NCBI GenBank assembly: GCA_013265495.1
Contig: MU058000.1
Span: 3,201,722-3,243,896 of the forward strand
Direction: 5' to 3'
DNA length: 42,175 nt
Source: Vicugna vicugna
Taxonomy: Eukaryota
Shown: positions 24,885 to 35,420 of the stretch, piece after piece
How positions within the stretch are numbered: position 1 is the first letter of the stretch
Layout: each line of letters begins with the position of its first letter
Made by a program: the position numbers and the translations under genes
The notes under the pieces: generated by a model
Databases searched by the model: none
Seen by the model: the letters and a program-made list of their open reading frames with translations, nothing else
Told to the model about the DNA's origin: nothing

Positions 24885-26349
24885 CCCTTTTACAGATGTC
24901 TAATTTTTGATCATATCATTTGTCTAGCTCCTAATAGGCTATTTCTGTCACAGACTGAATGTATAGTATGTTTCTAATGGTAGCTAATCACCACTGAAGT
25001 TTTCCTTTATTACATCAATTGACACGAAAATCTTGGTGCTTGATATTTTACTTTAAAATTCCTGTAATTTTATACCTTATTTACTTTAGATACTGGAGTT
25101 TTATAAAATATGCTTAGACTACATTTTTGGAAAAGTTTAGCCTAAACAGACAATTAGAATTTACTGAGCCCTTCACTCTTTACCTTTCAGAATGGTGCCT
25201 TGGAGGTGATCTCTTAAAGAGTCCTGTATTCAGTACTCAGAACCCAGGGGATTCTAATGTGGATTATGAGATTGACTAAATCTTTTTTTCTAGAAATAAT
25301 TGGTTTATCTCAAAAGAACCTCTAGTGCAAGGTGGTTGGAATAACTCAGATAACATAGACTTACAGATGACTTAACCTTACAGAATACTTGCATGATTGT
25401 TTCTATGCCTGTTTCCCAATAAAAGTCAGTGTGTAAGGAAGAGTTTGGTCAGATTCTTCTGCATTAAAATTGTTGGAAAAAGCCAGCAGAAATCAACTAT
25501 TGGTAGCTATTGTTGTCTACAAAGAAGACATAAAAATAGGAAGCAAAAAAGAAGGAAGATAAGAAGCAAGGAAGGAAGGAAGGAAAAAGAGAAATATTTT
25601 TTTAAAATCAAAGACAAAATAATCCAACTAATATCTATTTATTGACAAATGAGCCTAGATAAGTTCACAACACAAAATATTTTAACTACAGTACTGAATT
25701 CTGAGATTCTGCCTGGCTTTGGTTACCTCTCATTTCAATATAAGAATCATATTCAATTCATAGGTACTTCCTCATCTCAACTTACATCAGCAGTAGGAAA
25801 TCATCTAGAACGCTCTTTCAGAACATACCAACACTTGAATGAAATGATACTATTCTGAGATTAATGAAGTCCAGTAGGGTGATACACTAAGACACTACTG
25901 CTTGGTATGTTGGTGAGTGCATATCTGTGTTTATATTTATATTTATCATAATAGTGTAAAGCATAATCATCTAACATTTACCAGGACTGATAAAATTTTC
26001 TGCCAAATAGTTTAAAGAAATTGGAGGAGCCTATTTCAGATATAAATAAAATCAGTATGATAAAGACAAAAATACTGAAATCCAAGATTCATTTCCCCAG
26101 TGCAAACATGCCCATATGTGTTCAACATTAGTAAGTTTTATCAACATGAGAGTTTTGCTACTGATACCCTTGAAAGAAGGAAGTCAGAAAGTTTGAAAGT
26201 GAAATTTCTAGGAGTAAAGTATCAAAACATTCCATCCTTTAAAAAAGCAGGTTATTCCTCTTTAAGTTGTTACCTATTTTAGCACTCTGTTCATTAAACC
26301 TTCTATTTCATCATGATTCAGTATGAAATATAACATATTTTTAGCAAAT

Positions 26350-26460
26350 ATCTGTAAGCCCTGTAATGGCAGAACTGATCTCATTCAGTCGCAGGATGCC
26401 AATGGCTTAGTGTACCACCTGACACAGAGCAGGTTACTCAATAAATGTTTGTTGAGTTAA
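26350..26460 (+). mobile_element. L2 3' end
   Basis: cctgacacagagcaggttactcaataaatgtttgttgagttaa. Confidence 0.65.
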
Positions 26461-26514
26461 ACTTTCCTACATAGCTAATGGTTGCATCAGAATGGTTCTG
26501 CTACTTTTTATATC

Positions 26515-26672
26515 ACTGTAAGTAAACTGTATTTGTATATTGTGATGCTTTCAGTGGGGCTGAGCAGTATGCTCTGGACAGCTCATCACTATTTATAATG
26601 TTGACACTGTATTCAATGCATTCTAAGTTCTGAACACCTTACAAGTGGACTTTGAATTCAATCTGCTGAGAG
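26515..26672. mobile_element. TcMar-Tigger family fragment
   Basis: cactatttataatgttgacactgtattcaatgcattctaagttctgaacaccttacaagtggacttt resembles a recalled old Tigger terminal region (ccatttataacattgtttctatgggaaaatgcattccgagttccaaac...cttacaaatgaactttt). Confidence 0.5.
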
Positions 26673-27242
26673 TAACATATTCTATCTAACAGGCATTTTC
26701 CAAGCAGAGTCAAGTCAGTTAAGAATTGTTATGTGAAAACCAGAAAAGCCATGAATGCACCACTTTGGCTGTTACCTGAGTAAAAAGAAGAAAGTACTTT
26801 ATCCACAATTTAGGCCCTCATGAGTATCAAAGATTAAGATCCAATAAATATGAGCTTATAACTGAAGATCACTAACCCGCAAGGATGTTAATTACCATAA
26901 GTGAGAGCAGAAAAACTGAGGCTCAGTTTTAAATATTGAAATGATCGGATACAAACTATAACATAATCATGCATGTAATATTTTAATATAATCAAGATGT
27001 AACTACAAAAATGACCAAGCAAGTGTGCAGAAGAACAACACATTTTCATAAATGTGAATGATGAATGTGAAGAAAAAAACTCTCAATGAATGGGTTAACA
27101 TTAGATTCAGCTGAAGAGAGAATTCATGGATAGAAAAACAGATCTGAAGAATTTATACAGAATGTCACGGAGGGATTCAGAGTAGAAAAATATGAGAAAG
27201 ACTTAAGGAGTTAGCAAGAATAGAATAAGCTCTAAAATCTAC

Positions 27243-27652
27243 AGCAAAGACATAACTGCTTTTTCAGGTTGAATTGGTGATCAGACCCAAGAGAAATACA
27301 CAGGCTTTAATGTAGTACTGCATATACTTAACTTTACAGGAGGGTATGAAGCAAGAGCACAGCAAGCATAAAACATCTTCATTGAATCAGAAGGCACCTG
27401 AGCTATCCAAGCACCCAAGGCGTCTGGGGGCCACAGAGCAGCTAAAGCTTCTATTTCCCATTCATCTTATATATCATTCTAGTCACACAGGCCCTGACTT
27501 CTGTGCCAATGTTCTCGCAATCCATCTGCAAGATCGTAACATTCACCATTAGGTTAAGTCTTTTATTAGCAAAGGAGCAACGTTGTGGGACAAGGAGGCC
27601 ACTCTCAAGCAGGTCTGAATCAGCCAGACCTGATGTTAACCCTTTGTGCACA
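27243..27652 (-). mobile_element. ERVL-type solo LTR (MER68/MER77/MER21-like)
   Basis: The reverse complement starts tgtgcacaaagggttaacatcaggtctggctg...agacctgcttgag, resembling the MER68/77 start tgtgcagaaaagagttaacatagcaggcctg; it interrupts the L1 ORF1. Confidence 0.55.
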
Positions 27653-27866
27653 AATATTAAATTGAAATTTCAAAAGGGGGAAATACAAAGAATGGGAGAG
27701 AAGTAAGTTTGGAAGATCAAATGGCAGAAGACTTTCCAAAACTAAATGAAAGACTAACCTAGAATTGACAGAAAGTGTCACTGTTATGGACAAGATAACT
27801 GAAAAGGAAGCCACACTTAGATACATCATGAAACCCTGAAACCTCGTAGAATAAATAAATATTTTA

Positions 27867-28088
27867 GGACTGGGAGTTCAAAATGTCTAGATACTGATAG
27901 GCATATGTAGAACAGATAAACAAGATTATACTGTACAGCACAGGGAAATATATACAAGATCTTGTGGTAGCTCACAGCAAGAAAAGAATGTGACAATGAA
28001 TGTATGTATGTTCATGTATAACTGAAAAATTGTGCTCTACAATGGAAATTGACACAACATTGTAAACTGACTATAACTCAGTAAAAAA
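27867..28088 (+). mobile_element. Young camelid L1, 5'-truncated 3'UTR with TSD
   Basis: ggactgggagttcaaaatgtctag...cacagggaaatatatacaagatcttgtgg...gacacaacattgtaaactgactataactcagtaaaa; similar to the reverse complement of ~37065-37258; TSD aaatatttta at 27857-27866 and 28089-28098. Confidence 0.92.
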
Positions 28089-28155
28089 AAATATTTTAAA
28101 TACAGCTATAAGAGGAGAAAATTCTCTTTAAGAATGTCAGAACAATCAAATGACT

Positions 28156-28350
28156 ATAGATGAGTGAATCTATCTCTGAGCTATTCTTCTGTTTCATTAA
28201 TCTACCTCTTGACCTTGGTTTACAACAAGTCTTGGACACAGGTCTGTAAATTGTCAAACTCTGCTCTTGTTTGTAAAGACGGCTTTTTATATTCTGTAAT
28301 AATTTTGGAATCAGCTTGTCACTTTCTACCCCCAAAAAAATGAGATTACT
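28156..28350 (-). mobile_element. Old L1 ORF2 fragment, antisense
   Basis: gaatctatctctgagctattcttctgtttcattaatctac...aattttggaatcagcttgtcactttctac. Confidence 0.6.
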
Positions 28351-28369
28351 GAACTGTTTGTAACTAATG

Positions 28370-28650
28370 TTTTTAAGAGATTATTCTGCTTTCCATGTAG
28401 GGACTGGATTAGAAGAGAGTAGGAAGCCCAGTTTGGAGATTAGCATGGTGGTTCAAGGGAGCCTGATGGAGGCCTGGTGTACAGGGTAGCAAAAGGGAAG
28501 GACAGGAATGAATAGGTTCAAGCTAGGCTTTATAGGGAATTCAAAGAGATGCAGACAGATTTGGGCAGTTTTAGAGCACGGTGTATGGGGATTTATGAAT
28601 GTAATTCAAACGTGATGTCATGGGTGGAGATGTAAATTTTGGAGTCATTT
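28370..28650 (-). mobile_element. L2 fragment, antisense
   Basis: tttttaagagattattctgcttt...ggaagcccagtttggagattag...tggagatgtaaattttggagtcatt. Confidence 0.55.
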
Positions 28651-29061
28651 GATATGCAAATGCAATCTGCATGAATCGGATGTAAAGATATAAAACCAGC
28701 ACGGGACTACATTGTGAAATTATTGGGAAAAAGCGTTACATGCTATTTTGGGGGATGACAGGAGGGTAAATGAATTAATCTGCAAAGTAACCTTGGAGTT
28801 GGGTTTAAAGGCACGATGATCTGTAATTATAATGCTCTCTCCTTCACTCATCTCATTCGGTGAACCTATTTAATCAGTCTGGGTATATAATAAGCCAAGA
28901 TGTCACATATGCCTCGTGAATACATTTCACGAGGGGTGGAAATCAGTGTTAAATGAATTTGAAACCTGAAGTGGTAATGGGTGCGGTGGGTGGCTAATCC
29001 CTAAATTAAAAGAATCATGTTAACGATGTAAAATTGGCCTCAGCTTAGGTAAAACCTCCAG

Positions 29062-29078
29062 GGCTTGAATTACAGAAT

Positions 29079-29110
<32 letters not shown>

Positions 29111-29151
29111 GCTTTAATTTCAGAATTGTGTGTGTGTGTGTGTGTGTGTGT
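29062..29151. repeat. Duplicated head+(TG)n microsatellite cassette, 48-bp period
   Basis: ggcttgaattacagaattg(tg)n at 29062 and ggctttaatttcagaattg(tg)n at 29110. Confidence 0.9.
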
Positions 29152-30399
29152 ACAGTAACAGTTGGAAGCTGTTCTCTGCCTCATCCAAAAAACAGCATGC
29201 TGAAATGTTAGCTCTAATAATTTCCCTAGATGTAAGCTTTTATAGCAAAAGACTGAAAATGCAAAGTCATTTCACAAAATAAACTCTGAAAACTTCAAGA
29301 AGAGAAAGATACTGAACCCTATGACCTTTTCTAAAAAGCTGAGTTTATGTGAGTGTCACTTGACAAAGGAAAGGGAGATTATTAGATATAAAGTATTCCT
29401 TCATTAGACATAAATTACGTGAGCATGTCCTATATACTACACACATTCCTACTAAAGGAGCTCATTTGTAAACAACCCAATTAGTAAGCCTTGCTCCAAT
29501 GCCTTCCTTTTCCCTTGGATCCAAACAATTGAAAGCCTATTATAAACATCTTCTTTATGGTCGTTTTACCTGTGCATCACATAAATGTCACCCATCAAAG
29601 GAACAATCTAGAAGGGAGGGCATTCTTAATAAATAATATTCCAGGTCAGGTATTTTTCTAGTTCATTGGGCTAAAGTTCTGAGGGAAGGAAAGAAGTTTA
29701 ATAGGGCTATGTTCTCTTAGACATTCATAAAGGCTAGGAATAAATCCACAATAATTATACTTTGGGGAGCTGTAAAGAAACACTTTGGTGCATATAAGGT
29801 CTATAGTTACAGAAGTGCCACTGAAATACCATTTCCTGTTTGGAGAATTATTCAGTCACAGAATCTTTCCACCTACAAGTCCCCAATAAATTATGAGTGC
29901 CATGCTTTGTCTTTGAGTAATATCCCTGAGAATAGTTTAACAATCTGTGGAGGATGTTCACCCAGTTGAGGAGATAAAAAGAAAAAGAAATAGTTCTGAA
30001 GTCGGATGACTCACCAAGGTTGTATTTATAGACAGTCTATCATTTAACCCAGGCTGTTAAAAATAATGTTTATTTTCTTTCTATAGTGTACACAAACCTG
30101 TGTAGCATGCTGTGACACTTTTCAAGAGACATAATAAAATTGGAGCCTGTCTTCAGAGAGTCTACAACTTATTTGGGAAATCTGATACACATAAAACTGA
30201 GAATTCAAAATAACACAGGCATTACCCTAACTTTTGAGCACGTGGCTGACTAATGGAGGTCCACTCCATAACCAAACTCTCCTAAATCCTTTATAAAAGA
30301 ACCATGATTTTATTCTGCACATGAATGTGCCCTGTTGCAGTCTCTACCTTCTCAGACAGTCTAGAAACTGAGAGTGCCCATTTGGCTGACTTCTAGTCA

Positions 30400-30750
30400 T
30401 TGGGATATAAAGCATGCCATATGGTTATCCAAGAAAGTCATTGTTTCAGTGATGAAAATGAATAGATCCAGTTGGCAGCAGCTTTTGGCCATGTGCCGTT
30501 TGCCTTCTCTCTGCCGGCAACGTGGATACAATACCTGAGAATGGAACAACTATCCCGTGACAAGGAGAAGAAAAGCCACAAGCCAAGAGGGCGGGACGGA
30601 AGAACTGAAGAGAGCTGCTACCCCAGTGGCATCACAAGCCAGCATCACAGCTATGGGGAGCCTACCTTTGGGCCTCTTATTATGTGAGGAAATATAATTG
30701 TCTATTTGATTAAACTTCAGGTGGTTGAATCCAATCCTCCCTGATAAACA
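30400..30750 (+). mobile_element. Old MaLR LTR (MLT1J/K-like)
   Basis: ttggccatgtgccgtttgccttctctctgccggcaacgtggatac...ggagcctacctttgggcctcttattatgtgaggaaatataattgtctatttgattaaac...ctgataaaca; left boundary approximate. Confidence 0.65.
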
Positions 30751-30769
30751 TATTATTCAAGTCAATAAA

Positions 30770-30985
30770 TGAGTCATGGCATTAATCCTAGTAAGTTCTT
30801 CAGATTCTCTGAGCATCATCTCATTTATTTCTCACAACAACCCCACCGGATTGGTTAAGGAACAAATCCACTTTTTCCAGGTGAGGAATTTGAGCCTCAC
30901 GGAGCTTGTGTCTGTTCTGGGATCACACTTCACGGTAGGAACAGTATTTGGCGCCTAGTCACTCCACTATTCTACTGTACTTTAT
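30770..30985 (-). mobile_element. MIR SINE
   Basis: catcatctcatttatttctcacaacaacccc...ccactttttccaggtgaggaatttgagcctcacggag. Confidence 0.7.
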
Positions 30986-31304
30986 TAATTCAGTATCAGT
31001 AATATTAGAGGTTTCCTTAGTATCTATCAACTATTAAGGCTATTTCTGGTTGGTTTTTTTTTTTTTTTACTTGTATGCGTCTTACAATTCCATAAAATAT
31101 TTAAGCTACAGTACCTTACTTAAAGTTCACAATTCTGTAACAGAAGTAAGATAATTATTGTTATTTATTCTCTACAGCTGTGCAAGTTGGGTTTAAAGGT
31201 GACAAGCCTGCTGAAGAAAGGGAAGAAGAGAAAACATGCTTTTTTCATCCAACTTTAACAGGCTAAGACATCTAACCTTACATTATTTAAAATCAATGCT
31301 TTTA

Positions 31305-31731
31305 CAACATGGATGGGCCTAGAGATTATTATGTTAAGTGAAGTAAGTCAAACAGAAAGAGATAAATATCCTATGATATCCCTTATATGTGGAATCTTAA
31401 AAAATGATACAAATTCTATTTGCAAACCAAAACGAGCCTCATGGACAAAGAAAACAAACTATGGTTACCAAAGGGGAAAGGGCAGGGGAGGGATAAATTA
31501 AGAGTTTGGAACTAACAGATACACATTATTATATATAAAATAAACAACAAGGGCCTACTGTATAGTATGGGGAACTATACTCAATGTCTTGTAATAACAT
31601 ATAATGGAAAAGAATCTGAAAAGAAAATGCATGTGTATGTATATGTATAACTGAATCGCTTTGCTCTACACCTGAAACTAACATTGTAAATCAACTACAC
31701 TTTAATAAAAATAAAATTAAAAAATAATAAA
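31305..31731 (+). mobile_element. Artiodactyl L1 (L1_Art-like) 3' fragment with TSD
   Basis: ORF2 C-terminus W-MGLEIIMLSEVSQTERDKYPMISLICGI, then the 3'UTR and an A-tail; diverged 16-bp TSD aaaatcaatgctttta (31289-31304) / aaaattaatgctctta (31732-31747). Confidence 0.92.
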
Positions 31732-32496
31732 AAAATTAATGCTCTTATAGGTCTACCTCCACAATTAACTCTTTATTTTCTCTCTTTTATTTCTCTCTCC
31801 CTCTCTCTCCTAACCTGAAAATAATTTGTTAAGGAAACTAGGTCAGTATTCTGGGGAGCCAAGGTCATGCTGGTTCCTTCAGTGATTCTGTTGGAATTCT
31901 GAGCAGGAGATTAAAGATAGCTGTAACGAGTAAGCTTGGACCTCATGCCAACCATATATCCCTAAAAGGATGAAATGTGGGGGAGCTCATCTGTGTATAG
32001 GCAACTACTAAATGCTGTGACACACTCAGAAGCTTAGGTAGGAAGTTGAGTGATGAGGGCAGCAACAGTGCCTGCAAAACCTACAAATGAAGGTCCTGGG
32101 TAACGCCTGAGCAGACTGTCTCAGTTATGTCTAGGACCTTTCAAGGTGGATCTGACGCCTGCTGGTGGTCTGTCTCACTTTCTCCATTTTGCCAAGTGGG
32201 CTTGGTGGATTTAGAAAATGAAATATTTATGCACCAAGAAAGACCTGCCAGTCTGATTGCCACGGTACACCCTACGGAGGCACGCTGCTGAATAAACAGG
32301 AAAGCTTTTATCCTGCCAACCTGCTGGGCGCTTTTCTCCAAGGCTGAGTCAACACACAGCAATGGTTACATGATATTTTTGAAAGTGTAGCGGATAGGGG
32401 CTATATTTACCAGATTTATTGGGCAAGGGTGGTGGCTTTAGGGTCTTCCAATTTTATGCATATATAAGGCTGCGTTACTCTAACTCAAGAATTATT

Positions 32497-32635
32497 GGGT
32501 GAGGAGTGCATAGCTCCGTAGTAAAGTGTGTGCTTAGCACGCACAAGGTCCTGGGTTCAATCCCCCGTAACTCCATTGAAATAAATAATTCATACATACA
32601 TAAACAAACCTAATTACTTTCCCTTCCAGAAAAAG
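32497..32635 (+). mobile_element. Camelid Vic-1-type tRNA-derived SINE
   Basis: A-box tagctccgtagt (32511-32522), gtgtgcttagcacgcacaaggtcctgg, B-box gttcaatcc (32555-32563) and the tail aaataaataa...aaacctaattactttccc typical of Vic-1. Confidence 0.88.
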
Positions 32636-32644
32636 AATCTTAGA

Positions 32645-32774
32645 ATATAACCTATAATGGAAAAGAATCTAAAAAAGAATACATATGTATATATATAACC
32701 GAGTCACTTTACTGTACACCTGAAACCAACACAACATTGTTAATCAACAATTTTTAAAAAAACAACAAAAAAAA
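32645..32774 (+). mobile_element. L1_Art-like extreme 3' end
   Basis: ataacctataatggaaaagaatct...gagtcactttactgtacacctgaaaccaacacaacattgttaatcaac plus an A-tail; homologous to 31593-31700. Confidence 0.88.
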
Positions 32775-33824
32775 GCTGATATATCCATTTTATTTAAAAT
32801 CTAGAATTAAATGTTATATAGAGTATCTAAATTTTGTGAGTTACTATAAACACACTGGGAAAGCAGAATTTCATGCCGTCTTAGAATAATTAAAAAGCAA
32901 GCACAAATTTAGATTAAGACACAGGGTTCGTATAAAGTGAATTGCACATTGGCCATGGCTTTCAGGTTTATTTTTTTACTTTTTAAAGAAAGCACATATC
33001 TTTTCTGTTGTTTCTCAGTGGGCACCGAAAGCATCTGGAGTCAGTTACATTTATTTATGTTCTATTCTAACCAAAATGGCTTAGCTGAAATGTATTTCAA
33101 AATTTACTTAAGGAAAAATAAAACTGACTTTAGACTCGCATGCCAGGTTTTAGCCCAGAGCAAAGTGTCGTGGCTGATTCCTAAATGAAATGGAAACACT
33201 GACGGACTCTTTATCCTGGCAGGGTTATAAGGATAACAGGTAAATACAATAGTTTGAGCTAATAATAGGTAACATTTTCCAGGTTTTGCTATTAAAGGTC
33301 CCTCACCACAAACAGGCTTTATAAAGTTTCTCCAAGAGAAGTTTGTTTATAAGATAAAAAGTCAAAATTCAGCCAATTTTCCACTGCAATAAAATATGAT
33401 TCTTTTTTTGGTTGTTTTCATATTGTTAGTTTCCTTTTGCAAGTTTCACATTATTAGAATAAGTACTTTTGGATATTAGGCCTCTATTTAAAAGAAACTC
33501 TACAGGCATCAATAAAATGAGAGCATTTAATGAGATATTATTAAATTTCCTTTTAATGAGACTTGAGTGTTTAAGAGATCTTGTAAAAATTAGTATTTTT
33601 ATGAAATATCCCTTATCTCTCTGGTCTCCCATATTATTTCAACTTATAATTCTTCAGTGTTTAATTGAAATTCTGAACATGCTGACATTGTCATTCCTAT
33701 TTATTTTGAAATGGCCTCGTATTATTGTTTGTTCGGTTGGTTTGGTTTGGTTTTGTTATTAACATTTCTCAAGGAGAAACATCTAGAGCCAAGCAGGGGG
33801 TTGAGTGCATGTGTGGGAGAGGAG

Positions 33825-34010
33825 AGCAGTGTTTAGATCCTGGCTCTGACACTCCTGAGCTTTCCAGTTGTGGGAGCTGTTTGAATTTTTGAAATGGGAG
33901 CTAAAATAGCCAAATCAAAGGGTAAGTCTGGAAATGAAAAGAGATAAGGGGCTTAGCAGAACTCCTGGCTCATGGCAAATGCTCTAGAACGCTTAGCTAT
34001 AATCATTTAC
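33825..34010 (+). mobile_element. MIR SINE
   Basis: gtttagatcctggctctgacactcctgagc...aaggggcttagcagaactcctggctcatggcaaatgctc...gcttagctataat. Confidence 0.65.
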
Positions 34011-34134
34011 TGTGTAATTCTTTTGGGGAGACGGGTAGGAACAGCATATAGTGCAATTTCCCCTCTTCAAGCACCCGTTAGCCAACCACTATGAACCGAA
34101 GTGTTGATCGCCGGGTTTACAGAGATACTGATGT

Positions 34135-35420
34135 TACTGTGAATTTCCATACATGCCAGGGTCTGTTTCTGGTTCCTCTTTTCTGTTTAATTGGTCAACC
34201 TGCTTTGTGCCGGTGCCAATAAACACTATATTATCATGATTTTATACGATACTTTGAAAGTTAATTATCTTAAGTCCTCTCAGTTTATTTTAAAGAAAGT
34301 ATTGACTATTAGGGTCTCATTTCTTCCTCCACATGTAAGTTATAATCCACTTGTGTCAAGTCCTCTTGCAATATGTATTGAAAATTCACAGACTAAAGAT
34401 CAGTTTTGGTAGAATTGCTATCTTTTGAATTTTGATTCTTTCTTTCCGTAAGCATGGTATTATTTTCTATTTATTTAGATATATTTAGCATATATACATA
34501 AATATGTATTCATAAACACATATAGATACAATATATATTCTCATAACTTTCAATAATATTTTGTATATTTTTTCATATAGATCTTTACGTGAAAGGTTAT
34601 TCAATTCACATATTTATTTTGCTAAGGGTAATTTCTGAAATATAGGTTTCTTGATTGTTGCTGATATATAGAAATTTAATAAACTCTCCATTTATTAATT
34701 CTTCACTGTTTTTTGTGTAGGCATCTATAAATTTTTCAATATTTAGAATGTTGAATGGAAATTCTGAGTAAGAATGCATAGCAAGCATACTTTTCTTATT
34801 CTTGATTTTAAGAGAAAATCTGTGATTTCACCACTATGTATGATATTTGAGTTTTGGTACATATCTTTAATCTGGTTAAAAAGGTTTTCCATTTTTGTTC
34901 TGTTTCTTTTTTTAAAAAAATAATTGCAGAACTTTATGATGGATTTATTTGCAAATACTGAGACCCATATGGATTTGTTCTTAATCAATTAATTTGATGA
35001 ATTATATTTATAAATATTTTTTCTGAAGATAATTTACATTCATCTTTGGGATTAATTCATTCAACATACACTTACTGACAACTTACTATGTACAGGGTCC
35101 TCGTTTGGCTATGGGGGCTTAGCAGTGAACAAAACAGACATGCCTTAGCAGAGCTCACATTGACTACAAATAAATACTTTAAATTGAATAAATCATACGT
35201 TACATAGTCATAAGTACAACGGAGAAAAACCACAAAACTAACTTGCCTTCAGTATACTGTACTTTATTATTTTTCTGGATTTTTTGGCCAATATTTTGTT
35301 TAGGATATCCAGGCTCTTGTGAATGTGTCTGACCTACTATTCTTCCTTTCTCATAGGGTTTTTGATTTGAAAAATAAGATTTTGTAAACCTCATAAAATG
35401 AGGTGGGAAGAATTCCCTCA
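34135..35420 (-). mobile_element. Ancient L1 ORF2 (RT region), antisense, interrupted by L2
   Basis: tttccatacatgccagggtctgtttctgg..., tagaatgttgaatggaaattctgagtaagaatgcatagcaagcatacttttcttattcttgatttt...tttcaccactatgtatgatattt; it accounts for the L1-like ORFs 34606-34988 (IKDMYQN...IIHSGE...F.LKSRIRKVCLL). Confidence 0.8.
35052..35230 (-). mobile_element. L2 3' end, antisense, within the L1
   Basis: aattcattcaacatacacttactgacaacttactatgtacagg...agcagtgaacaaaacagacatgcc...gagctcacatt. Confidence 0.75.

Larger units (their letters stand above)
26900..28155 (+). mobile_element. Ancient L1M ORF1 region, interrupted by two later insertions
   Basis: Decayed ORF1 motifs in the expected order: gaatgggttaacattagattcagctgaagagagaatt (GLN-RLD-AEERI), atggcagaagactttccaaaacta (MAENFP-L), ccacacttagatacatcatg (TPRHII), then acagctataagagg...acaatcaaatgact after the young L1; left boundary approximate. 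Confidence 0.7.

Noticed and set aside
3002..28661. Octamer (ATGCAAAT) sites at 3002, 18692 (reverse), 23871 and 28654 as an OCT4/POU cluster
   Set aside because: About 2-3 are expected by chance in 42 kb of AT-rich DNA, and none forms a canonical SOX-OCT composite.
32497..32575. tRNA gene
   Set aside because: A and B boxes are present, but the sequence continues into the Vic-1 SINE tail and the cloverleaf is degenerate, so it is a SINE.
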